Positions 1 to 7,985 of a stretch of 64,000 nt of DNA are shown here, in pieces. The notes under the pieces were generated by a model. The model was not told the DNA's origin, made no database searches, and saw nothing but the letters and a program-made list of their open reading frames with translations. The position numbers were made by a program, and so were the translations under genes. Positions within the stretch are counted from its first letter, which is position 1; every line of letters starts with the position of its first letter. The DNA lies in contig CAZGGF010000362.1 of the NCBI GenBank assembly GCA_964524715.1, positions 9,968-73,967 on the forward strand, given 5' to 3'. This stretch comes from an uncultured Verrucomicrobiota bacterium (GTDB lineage: Bacteria > Verrucomicrobiota > Verrucomicrobiia > CAIQCK01).

Positions 1-11
1 CGCAGCTTGTC

Positions 12-575
12 TTACGGCGCGGTGACCCGCAGCGCCGTTTCAAACCACAGGTCGTTGAAAACAAGCTGCATCATTTCACCCGGCACAAGTTTGACAAGGT
101 GAAGCGAGTTGGAGCCGGTGGCCAGGGCGAGCAATTCGGAAATGAAACCAGGATCGAACGTCAACAACCGTACGCGCCCGAGCCGCCGGATGTTGCGCCG
201 CGCCAGTTCGACCGTCTTGGCCACGTCGCCGGCGCTTTTCTTGACGATCCAGATGTCGGCATCGCCGAGCTTCAACGTCAGCTTCTCCAGCTTGTGAAGC
301 GAGACTTCCCCACACTCGACCCACAGTTCCGGCCGGCCATCCAACGCCAGCGCAACGAGGTCAGGCACAAACGGCACACCCGGCATCTCCAAGTCCACCT
401 CCAATCGCAACCGATCGCTGTGGAAGATCACAAACGCAAGCGCCTTGAGCAACACATGGTCCAGGGTTTCGCTCTGGCTCTGACTGATGACGATTTTCGA
501 CGGCAGTCTGCGGCTCTTCTCGTCGGAACCGAGGGCGAAGGTGAGCTTGGTGGAAATGGGAGACATGAAAAGCAA
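12..575 (-). CDS. YaeQ-family protein (probable)
   Basis: 187-aa ORF. The blocks SQSETLDHVLLKALAFVIFHSDRLRL and PELWVECGEV resemble the HPSET..RMMLRLLAW..ERL and DLWIELG blocks I recall from E. coli YaeQ. Size fits (~180 aa). The start could be the later Met at 566. Confidence 0.5.
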   Translation of the reverse strand: MLFMSPISTKLTFALGSDEKSRRLPSKIVISQSQSETLDHVLLKALAFVIFHSDRLRLEVDLEMPGVPFVPDLVALALDGRPELWVECGEVSLHKLEKLTLKLGDADIWIVKKSAGDVAKTVELARRNIRRLGRVRLLTFDPGFISELLALATGSNSLHLVKLVPGEMMQLVFNDLWFETALRVTAP

Positions 576-709
576 TAAGTAATTCGCAAGGGCGGGACTA
601 TCTCTTCCTCACCGACTCGGTGAAATCCCACCATAGGTCGTCCAGTGGTTTGCCGGGGCGCTTACCCCAGTAGGCGCGGTCAGGTGTCTGCGAGGTATCC
701 ACAATCACC

Positions 710-1939
710 TCAAATACCCAGCTCTCGTTTCACTTCGGCGAACGCCTGAATGGCAAACTCCAGATCTTCGCGCGAGTGTGCCGCGGAGATTTGCGTGCGG
801 ATGCGCGCCTTGCCTTGCGGCACGACGGGATAGGAGAAGCCGATGACGTAAACGCCCCGGGCCAGCATCGCTTCCGCCACGCGCGTGGCCAGCGCGGCGT
901 CGCCAAGCATGATCGGCACAATCGGATGCGTGCCGGGCAGGATGTTGAAGCCGGACTTCGCCATGCCTTCGCGGAAAAACTTCGTGTTTACCTCCAGCGT
1001 GTCACGAAGCGTGGTGGACTCGGAGAGCAGTTCGATCGCCTTGATGGAGCCGGCGACAATCGGCGGCGCAACCGTATTGGAGAACAAATACGGTCTCGAA
1101 CGCTGGCGCAGGAATTCGACGATCTCCTTGCGCCCGCTGGTGTAGCCGCCGCTGGCACCGCCAAGCGCCTTGCCGAGCGTGCCGGTGATGATGTCCACGC
1201 GGCCCATCACCCCATGATGCTCGTGAGAACCGCGTCCGCGCCGGCCGAGGACGCCCACGGCGTGCGAGTCGTCCACCATCACGAGCGCGCCGTGTTTCTC
1301 CGCGAGATCGCAGATGGCCGGCAGGTTGGCGACGGAGCCGTCCATCGAGAACACGCCGTCGGTGGCGATCAGCCGGAACCGCGCTGAGGCCGCCTCCCGC
1401 AGTTTCGCATCGAGATCGCCCATGTCGTTGTTGCGGTAGCGGAGCCGCTGCGCCTTGCAAAGGCGGATGCCATCAATGATGCTCGCATGGTTCAACTCGT
1501 CGGAGATGACCACATCTTCCGCGCCGAGCAGCGTCTCGAACAACCCGCCGTTGGCGTCGAAACATGATGAGTAGAGGATCGTATCCTCCGTGCCGAGAAA
1601 CTCCGCCAGTTTCGCTTCGAGCTGTTTGTGGATGTCCTGCGTGCCGCAAATGAACCGCACTGACGCCATCCCGTAACCCCATCGCTCCAGCGCCTCGCGC
1701 GCGGCAGCCGCCACCGCCGGGTGCTGGGCGAGGCCGAGGTAGTTATTGGCACAGAGGTTGAGCACCGGCTGGCCGTCGGCGACGCGGACGCGCGTGCCCT
1801 GCGGAGTGGCGAGGACGCGCTCGCGTTTGCAGGTGCCGGCAGCACAGATGTCGTCGAGTTGGCGCTGGAGGTATTGTTGAAAGGAACTGAGCATGGCTGT
1901 CACCGGGTTCGAGTTGCGGTTGTTGCCATCATTTGACAC
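710..1939 (-). CDS. kbl: glycine C-acetyltransferase (2-amino-3-ketobutyrate CoA ligase)
   Basis: 409-aa ORF with hallmark alpha-oxoamine synthase/Kbl blocks [10 protein letters not shown]-like ([15 protein letters not shown]), [26 protein letters not shown] and FSMDG. The start may be the internal Met near 1894. Confidence 0.9.
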   Translation of the reverse strand: MSNDGNNRNSNPVTAMLSSFQQYLQRQLDDICAAGTCKRERVLATPQGTRVRVADGQPVLNLCANNYLGLAQHPAVAAAAREALERWGYGMASVRFICGTQDIHKQLEAKLAEFLGTEDTILYSSCFDANGGLFETLLGAEDVVISDELNHASIIDGIRLCKAQRLRYRNNDMGDLDAKLREAASARFRLIATDGVFSMDGSVANLPAICDLAEKHGALVMVDDSHAVGVLGRRGRGSHEHHGVMGRVDIITGTLGKALGGASGGYTSGRKEIVEFLRQRSRPYLFSNTVAPPIVAGSIKAIELLSESTTLRDTLEVNTKFFREGMAKSGFNILPGTHPIVPIMLGDAALATRVAEAMLARGVYVIGFSYPVVPQGKARIRTQISAAHSREDLEFAIQAFAEVKRELGI

Positions 1940-2059
1940 CGCGCTTCAGGCAGCGGCAAGGAAAACTTCCGACGACTTCCGACGAACAACAGCAGTCCAG
2001 CCAGTGCTTGACCGGCAACAACCGAGAGAGGATGATTCGCGTCCAGCAGGGAACAACCT

Positions 2060-5005
2060 ATGAGTTCGTTGGTGGGTCAAACGTTTGCCGGTTACGAGAT
2101 CGTCTCCCAGCTTGGTCGTGGAGGGATGGGGTCGGTTTACAAAGCCCGTCAGTCAAAACTCAATCGTCTCGCTGCGTTGAAAATCATGGCGCCGGAACTC
2201 GCAGCCGATCCGGATTTCGTCGCCCGATTCAAACGCGAAGCCACCGCCGCCGCCAGCCTCAGCCATCCCAACATCGTACAGGTCTATTCCACCGGCGAGA
2301 GCGAGGAGACGCATTATATCGCGATGGAATTCGTGGACGGCGAGACGTTGAAGCAACACATCGAGCGCCAGGGCCGGTTGGACCCACGTGAGGCCATTGC
2401 CATCACCGTTTATGTTGCCGAAGCGCTGCAATACGGCTGGAACAAGGCCAGACTTATCCACCGCGACATCAAGCCCGAGAACATCTTCCTCTCGAATACC
2501 GGCGAGGTCAAAGTGGGCGATCTTGGCCTGGCAAAGACCGTGGGCGGGGCAACGACGAGCCTGACACAAACCGGCATGATGATGGGCAGCCCGCACTACA
2601 TCAGCCCGGAGCAGGCGCGCGGAGTGAGCGACATCGATTTTCGGACGGACATCTACAGCCTTGGTTGCACGCTCTATCACATGCTGACGGGCCGGCCGCC
2701 TTACGAAGGCCCGGACCCGCTGACGGTGATCACCAGACACGTGAACGATCCGCCGCCGGCGATCTTCAAGGTGTGGCCGACGTGCCCGATACCCGTGGCG
2801 TTGATGGTGGGCAAGATGCTGGCAAAGCAGCGCCATGAGCGGCCCGCGAGTTACGAAGATCTCATTGATCAACTGCGGGAGGTACATGGCAAGCTGAGAC
2901 CGGCCACCGCCGGACCCGCAATTACCGGCGAATCGCCAAAGGCAACGCCGACATCGGTGTCCGCGCAGTCGCAGTCGACACCGAAACCAGTTGTGGCGAA
3001 GGCAACAACCTCGCGGACGGCACCAGCAACGAAGGGGAAACCGGCCACTGGCAACTGGAAATGGGTAATAGGCGGCTTGGCTGGCATGGCGGCGCTGGCT
3101 CTGATCGCGGGCGGGATTTGGTGGTTTGCCGGTCGCCAGCCATCACGCAACGACGGACCCGCAGCAGAGACTCCGCCCGGTCAGCCAACCGCAGTCGCTC
3201 CGCCAAAGTTCGGCACGCTCTTCGACGGACGGGACACGTCCGCATGGCAACATCTTAATGGAGATGCGTGCCAGTGGCAGGTAACCGATGGCGCGCTGGT
3301 GGCTGGTGAAAGCGATCTCGACACGAAGGAGAAGTTTCAGGATTTCGATCTGCACATTGAATTCGCCGTGCCCAGCGACGCCAAGCAAGGCAACAGCGGC
3401 ATCTATCTGCAAGGCCGCTACGAGGTGCAGATTCTCAATTCCTTCGGCAAACCGGCAAACGACGTCTGTTGTGGCGCGATCTTCAGGCTCAAGGCGCCGG
3501 CCGAAAACGCCAGCAAGCCGTCGGACGAATGGCAAAGCTTCGACATCGCCTTCCACGCCGCGCGCTTCGATGCCGCCGGCACCAAGACCGCCAACGCTCG
3601 TGTCAGTGTCATCCACAACGGACGGCTCATTCAGGACGACGTCGAAATTTCAAAAAGCACGGGCAAGGGAGAACCGGAGAGTGCCGCACCCGGCCCAATC
3701 CGTCTTCAGGCTTACGGCAGTCCCGTGCGCTTCCGCAACATTCGCATCAAGCCGTTGGGCACGCCGGCGACATCCGCACCCGCCGCAGCCCAACAGCCGC
3801 GTCAGACTGTCGATCTGCTCGCGATCACCGACCCTTTCAAAGATCGCATCAAAGTGGAGAAAGGCGTCAGTCACTCCAAAGCCAATGCGTGGGAACGCCG
3901 CGGCAGCGCGCTCGCCTACATCAGTGACGGTGGCTCCGGCAAACTTGCGCCGCCCGTCGCAATTAATGCACGCAGTTACGAGATTGAGGTTGATTTCGAG
4001 CGGTTGTCAGGGCCGGGCCGTTTCCACGTGGATTTGCCGCTTGATGCCACTCGAATCATCCCGTTGAATTTCGACAGCAGTTACAAGATGATCAATTGCC
4101 GCGCTGGCGATCCGTGGCCAGCCAGCCGCGGTCCTCGCGCACGCGTCGTTGCGCGGTTGGACCGAGGCGAGGGGGGCACCCAAGACCATATCACCGTCCG
4201 TCTCGACGGGGAACTTGTGGTGGATTGGCGTGGAGATGCAGCAAGCGTCGCCCAAAAAGGCGAACCGCATCCTGACTTCTCCGGCCAGCCGATCACCTCG
4301 CTCTATGTGCACAAGGACAGCTACGAAGTTCGCTCCTGGCAACTGCGAGTCTTCGACGGCGAGGCGACAGTGCTGCGTGGTGCGGCGGCGGCAACGGCCG
4401 CCGATGCCGCCTGGCAAAACGCCATCAACCTGCTGCCGCTGATTGATCCACAACAGGACAAGGTTTCCGGGGATTGGAATGCGGTGAATGGGGAGTTGGC
4501 GGCAACTGACCCAGCGAGCATGTCGCAGAAACTGCAGCCTCCCTACCGGCCCGCCGAGGAGTATGACTACCGCGTCAGCTTCACGACGAAGAGCGGAAAT
4601 GCGGACGTCGCAATCGGGCTGACGGCAACCGGCAGGTCGTTTGTGTTCTACATGAAGAGGTTTGCCAAGGATCACGTCATCGGCTTCGAGGCCATCAACG
4701 GTAAAGCCGTCGGCAACGGACCCACGGCAGTTCACATTCCACATCTGGAACATGGCCGTCGCTACAGCGTGGTAGTTCAGGTCCGCAAGCAAGGTCTCAA
4801 GGCTTACCTCGACGGCAAACTTATGGTCGAGTGGCCGACCGATTACAGCGATATGAGTCCGTGGCCTGTCTGGAGGTTCAAAGACGACACGCTGCTGGGA
4901 TTCGGATGCAGCAAGACGACAGCGGTTTTCGATGAGATCAAACTGATCGAAATCAGCGGCAAGGGCACGTTCACGCGCGGCGCGCCGGCGAGTGCGAACA
5001 AGTGA
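2060..5005 (+). CDS. Ser/Thr protein kinase with TM segment, DUF1080 (3-keto-disaccharide hydrolase-like) ectodomain and two further repeated beta-sandwich-like domains
   Basis: N-terminal Hanks kinase motifs (GRGGMGSVYKA, HRDIKPENIF, DLGLAK, SPEQ). Hydrophobic stretch WKWVIGGLAGMAALALIAGGIWWF. Then LFDGRDTSAWQ...NSGIYLQGRYEVQILNS...VRFRNIRIKPL, typical of DUF1080. Two C-terminal repeats start DLLAITDP / NLLPLIDP. Confidence 0.9.
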   Translation: MSSLVGQTFAGYEIVSQLGRGGMGSVYKARQSKLNRLAALKIMAPELAADPDFVARFKREATAAASLSHPNIVQVYSTGESEETHYIAMEFVDGETLKQHIERQGRLDPREAIAITVYVAEALQYGWNKARLIHRDIKPENIFLSNTGEVKVGDLGLAKTVGGATTSLTQTGMMMGSPHYISPEQARGVSDIDFRTDIYSLGCTLYHMLTGRPPYEGPDPLTVITRHVNDPPPAIFKVWPTCPIPVALMVGKMLAKQRHERPASYEDLIDQLREVHGKLRPATAGPAITGESPKATPTSVSAQSQSTPKPVVAKATTSRTAPATKGKPATGNWKWVIGGLAGMAALALIAGGIWWFAGRQPSRNDGPAAETPPGQPTAVAPPKFGTLFDGRDTSAWQHLNGDACQWQVTDGALVAGESDLDTKEKFQDFDLHIEFAVPSDAKQGNSGIYLQGRYEVQILNSFGKPANDVCCGAIFRLKAPAENASKPSDEWQSFDIAFHAARFDAAGTKTANARVSVIHNGRLIQDDVEISKSTGKGEPESAAPGPIRLQAYGSPVRFRNIRIKPLGTPATSAPAAAQQPRQTVDLLAITDPFKDRIKVEKGVSHSKANAWERRGSALAYISDGGSGKLAPPVAINARSYEIEVDFERLSGPGRFHVDLPLDATRIIPLNFDSSYKMINCRAGDPWPASRGPRARVVARLDRGEGGTQDHITVRLDGELVVDWRGDAASVAQKGEPHPDFSGQPITSLYVHKDSYEVRSWQLRVFDGEATVLRGAAAATAADAAWQNAINLLPLIDPQQDKVSGDWNAVNGELAATDPASMSQKLQPPYRPAEEYDYRVSFTTKSGNADVAIGLTATGRSFVFYMKRFAKDHVIGFEAINGKAVGNGPTAVHIPHLEHGRRYSVVVQVRKQGLKAYLDGKLMVEWPTDYSDMSPWPVWRFKDDTLLGFGCSKTTAVFDEIKLIEISGKGTFTRGAPASANK

Positions 5006-5154
5006 GAACGCAACGTGTGTGGATGTCTCTGATCGTGGGAACGGCGCTGGCCGCGACAGTGCCCGAGCTCGCGCTACCAGCGGAAGTCGGAGACTCACGA
5101 CCGACGCAGCAAGTGCTTTGCGGGAAGCAGTCCCGGTTTTCCGTCCCTGCTGTG

Positions 5155-5256
5155 CTTGACCCGCTGGCGTGACCTGCTAGCGTGACAACGTGCAAACGAT
5201 GAAGACGCTGGTGCTTGGCCTCGGCAACGACATTCTTGCCGACGATGCCGTCGGCA
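5155..5256 (+). repeat. Repeat A1: duplicate of promoter plus first 22 codons of the hydrogenase-maturation-protease gene
   Basis: Hand alignment to 7884-7985 gives 102 bp with 8 mismatches. The 35 bp upstream of the start differ at 1 position. Confidence 0.85.
5156..5183 (+). promoter_or_regulatory. sigma70-like promoter copy: TTGACC-16 nt-TAGCGT
   Basis: TTGACC at 5156-5161 and TAGCGT at 5178-5183. It is nearly identical to the element upstream of the intact protease gene (7885-7912). GTG 5190 and ATG 5199 follow within 7-16 nt. Confidence 0.35.
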
Positions 5257-5381
5257 CCAGCGCCAACATCAACGCCGTGCAACTGTTGGACACCGGCACC
5301 TTCACCGACCCGCCCACCGCCGCCGACCTCATGGCCGTGGCCAACAAACTCAAAGAGTTGATTCAGGCGATGAGGAGATGA
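5190..5381 (+). pseudogene. chimeric ORF: protease N-terminus (22 aa) fused to the conserved ELIQAMRR tail module
   Basis: MQTMKTLVLGLGNDILADDAVG equals the start of the 7919 gene. The rest (TSANINAVQLLDTGTFTDPPTAADLMAVANKLKELIQAMRR) equals the peptide encoded at 6668-6792. It lacks the catalytic body of the protease. Confidence 0.5.
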
Positions 5382-5471
5382 TGAAGAAGTGAGACCACAG
5401 ATGGACACCGATGAACGCGGATGGGATGATCTTTAAATGAAAGGTGTCGTATGTACCGATTCATGATGATG
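5257..5471 (+). repeat. Repeat B1 (tail-peptide codons + 66-nt spacer + first codons of the downstream secreted-protein gene)
   Basis: 215 bp aligned by hand to 6668-6882 with about 17 mismatches. Confidence 0.85.
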
Positions 5472-6449
5472 GTCATCGCGGCGGGGATGGTGGCAGCAGC
5501 AACAGCGGCGGAGAAGGAGACGGCGATTGATTGGCCGCCGAGGGGGGCGTCGTTGGTCATCTCGATTGCGGAGCCGAAGATATGCGGGACGAATTCCGAT
5601 GTCCTCGACCCTAAATCCGGAACCAACGTGGCTAAAGAAGCATGCTTAATGGACGGCAAAATCGGCCCCGGCCAAGTTTTCAACGTCGTCCTGACCAATA
5701 CTTCCAGAAAGACGTTGAAGATCGTCGATGGCTTGAAAGATAGGTTCTCGGGTGAGAAGTTGACTTTCGAGGTCACCGACATGTCAGGCCGGAGATGGAC
5801 TGCGGCAATGAAACCGAGGGATTTCGAGGGGTCGTCCCGAGGCCCGCACTATTTCGTTCTCAAGCCGGGAGACAGTGTGGTGCTGCCTATCAATTTCGCC
5901 GACCAGAATGTCTGGGAGGGATTCCCCAAGCTGCCTTGGAACATACCTACGGAGGTCAACGTGCGGGCCGTGTTGGATGTCGAGCGGAGTAAACAGGCCT
6001 TGCGAGACGGGGCTTGGACCGGGCGCATCGTTTCGCGAATGGAGACGTTCGAGTTCAGTAATATGGTCTATGAGGGAAACAACGCCACTGGCATAGCCGC
6101 GGAGACGAAGGAGTTTGGATGGGTCAGTATCCGCATGGACCTTGGCGGCCCCAAACGGAACCAGAGCGTCGCGAAACTCGCGGTGACCATCCGCGGGAAA
6201 AAAGTGTCCGTGCCAGTCGCCGCGCTCGCCGACATCGAATGGCCCCAATACGAGAGCCTTCGTGTAAATGTGGATCTGGCCGACCCGGCTCGCCCGGTGT
6301 TGCTGGTCCATTTCGCCTTCGGCCGATCGCCGGAAGAGAAGCTGGATGGGCCAGACAAGCGGGTCTATTTCGTGTTCCGCGACGGCCAACTGCTGCGACG
6401 CTACATAACTGAGAAGTTCGAGAAGGAGATCTCCGAATGGAAGCCGTGA
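5451..6449 (+). CDS. secreted hypothetical protein (cassette gene 1)
   Basis: 332-aa ORF with Sec-type signal peptide MYRFMMMVIAAGMVAAATA-AE. Only the first ~35 aa (M-RF-MM ... IDWP-R) resemble cassette gene 2. I recognise no family for the rest. Visibly lower GC than the flanks. Confidence 0.6.
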   Translation: MYRFMMMVIAAGMVAAATAAEKETAIDWPPRGASLVISIAEPKICGTNSDVLDPKSGTNVAKEACLMDGKIGPGQVFNVVLTNTSRKTLKIVDGLKDRFSGEKLTFEVTDMSGRRWTAAMKPRDFEGSSRGPHYFVLKPGDSVVLPINFADQNVWEGFPKLPWNIPTEVNVRAVLDVERSKQALRDGAWTGRIVSRMETFEFSNMVYEGNNATGIAAETKEFGWVSIRMDLGGPKRNQSVAKLAVTIRGKKVSVPVAALADIEWPQYESLRVNVDLADPARPVLLVHFAFGRSPEEKLDGPDKRVYFVFRDGQLLRRYITEKFEKEISEWKP

Positions 6450-6493
6450 CGGCGATTGGACCGTAGGCACCGTCATAAATAATGTAAGAACCG

Positions 6494-6599
6494 TGACCAA
6501 TTCCTTGCAGGCCTAGATTCTGTGTGTATTACAGAACCATGAAGAATTGAGGTCCGACGATGGACGATTATGAGGCGGATGCGGCGTTTGCGCGGCGGC
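6494..6599 (+). repeat. Repeat C1 (3' cassette boundary including start of small MDDY ORF)
   Basis: Aligns to 7601-7706 at roughly 70-80 percent by eye. Shared strings are TGACCRATTCCTT, GAATTGAGG and ATGGACGAYTAYGASGCGGATGCGGYGTTTGCGCGRCGGC. Confidence 0.6.
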
Positions 6600-6792
6600 T
6601 GATCCAGTTCGATGCGGATGATCCGGCGACTTATTCGACCAACAACTCAACGACGCCATCGCCGGCACCAGCGCCAACACCAACGCCGTGCAACTGCTCG
6701 ACACCGGCACCTTCACCAACCCGCCCACCGCCGCCGACCTCATGGCCGTGGCCAACAAACTCAATGAGTTGATTCAGGCGATGAGGAGATGA
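6560..6792 (+). pseudogene. small ORF MDDYEADAAFARR... joined to the ELIQAMRR tail only through a -1 frame change
   Basis: Frame 0 (6560-6772) encodes a low-complexity P/T/S tail. The -1 frame is open from 6622 and encodes SGDLFDQQLNDAIAGTSANTNAVQLLDTGTFTNPPTAADLMAVANKLNELIQAMRR, with its stop at 6790-6792. It could be a frameshifted gene, a programmed shift or a sequencing error. Confidence 0.3.
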
Positions 6793-6882
6793 TGAAGATG
6801 TGAAACCACAGATGGACGCAGATGAAAGCGGATGGGATAATATTTAAACGATAGGTGTCGTATGAACCGATTCTTGATGATG
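6668..6882 (+). repeat. Repeat B2
   Basis: Partner of B1 (5257-5471). Confidence 0.85.
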
Positions 6883-7560
6883 GCGGTGGGCGTGGTGATG
6901 CTAACGGCGGACGGCTACGGTGCGGAAAGTGACGCGGCCAAAAACGCGCAGATTGATTGGCCGGCGCGCGCCGCGATGGTGAAGGTGGGGATGACCCGCG
7001 CGGAGGTGGAGAAGATTTTGCCAGAGTTGCAACCTCCGCGAGGATCGCGAAAAGCCATTTATTTCGGGTCCAAACCAGTGACCGATTCATGGAATGCCAA
7101 TGTTTATTGGGTTTCGCCGGACTGGCGTGTGACGATTAAATATGATTTCACCGGCGCACCGAAACCGCTCACGCCTACGAAGCTACAGGAATCGGTGGGG
7201 CCGGCAAACCGGGTGATTGCGCCAGTGAAGACGCTCAAAATCCCGTTTCCGCCGAAATATGATCCGAAGCTTTTTGATCCCGTTCTCCAGGAGAAGATTA
7301 GTGCCATCATCAAAGAGTGTGCATTGATCAGGCCCGGAATGACCCGCGCCGACCTCTTGAAGGTTTTCACAGAGGAAGGCGGCCTTTTTGTTCCCGACCG
7401 TCGAAGCTACGTTCACCGTTTCTGTTCTTATATCAAAGTGGATGTGGAGTTCTCACTCACCGACCCCAACCAGAGTACGGACTTTCTGGATTCGGAACGG
7501 CCGACGGACATCATTACCAAAACCTCCAAGCCGTATTTGGAGTGGTTTCGCTTTGACTGA
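6862..7560 (+). CDS. secreted hypothetical protein with two BamE/SmpA_OmlA-like motifs (cassette gene 2)
   Basis: 232-aa ORF with signal peptide MNRFLMMAVGVVMLTADGYG-AE. Two GMTRAEVEKIL / GMTRADLLKVF motifs resemble the SmpA/OmlA fold signature. The mature part is unrelated to cassette gene 1. Confidence 0.6.
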   Translation: MNRFLMMAVGVVMLTADGYGAESDAAKNAQIDWPARAAMVKVGMTRAEVEKILPELQPPRGSRKAIYFGSKPVTDSWNANVYWVSPDWRVTIKYDFTGAPKPLTPTKLQESVGPANRVIAPVKTLKIPFPPKYDPKLFDPVLQEKISAIIKECALIRPGMTRADLLKVFTEEGGLFVPDRRSYVHRFCSYIKVDVEFSLTDPNQSTDFLDSERPTDIITKTSKPYLEWFRFD

Positions 7561-7600
7561 TCATGAAACGCGCATTGTCGCCAGGTCGGTTCTTGAATCT

Positions 7601-7706
7601 TGACCGATTCCTTACCGGATAAGATTGTTGCCGATTGCAGAGCTGTGGAGAATTGAGGCAATGACCATGGACGACTACGACGCGGATGCGGTGTTTGCGC
7701 GACGGC
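7601..7706 (+). repeat. Repeat C2
   Basis: Partner of C1. It contains a third MDDY-type start (ATG 7661/7667, MTMDDYDADAVFARRRRRQ...) that diverges after FARR. Confidence 0.6.
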
Positions 7707-7883
7707 GGAGGCGGCAAGTGGGCAGTGGGCAGCCGGAGGGAAGTGGAAACGCGAAACGGGAAAGGCGAATTACGAAATGGTGGAAGTGCCCGTTGCCTCA
7801 TGGATAAATGACACCGAAGGATTCTGAGTAGGCAGGTGTGATGGACTCAAACGCAATGAAAACTTCCGGCTTCCATCTCCCAC

Positions 7884-7985
7884 CTTGACCCGCTGGCGTG
7901 ACCTGCTAGCGTGACATCGTGCAAACGATGAGAACATTGGTGCTTGGCCTCGGCAACGATATCCTCGCCGACGATGCCGTCGGCA
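7884..7985 (+). repeat. Repeat A2 (native promoter TTGACC 7885-7890 / TAGCGT 7907-7912 and 5' end of the protease gene)
   Basis: Partner of A1. Confidence 0.85.

Noticed and set aside
1940-2059. Glycine riboswitch upstream of kbl (also looked for before the UPF0126 gene at 13444-13456)
   Set aside because: I found no GGAGAG...CACCG-type conserved cores on either strand. The UPF0126 gap is only 13 nt.
5363-5782. 139-aa minus-strand ORF across the B1 repeat and the start of cassette gene 1
   Set aside because: It is antisense to a signal-peptide-bearing ORF. Its C-terminal HPIRVHRCPSVV string is the reverse translation of the GATG-repeat leader, a recurrent artefact.
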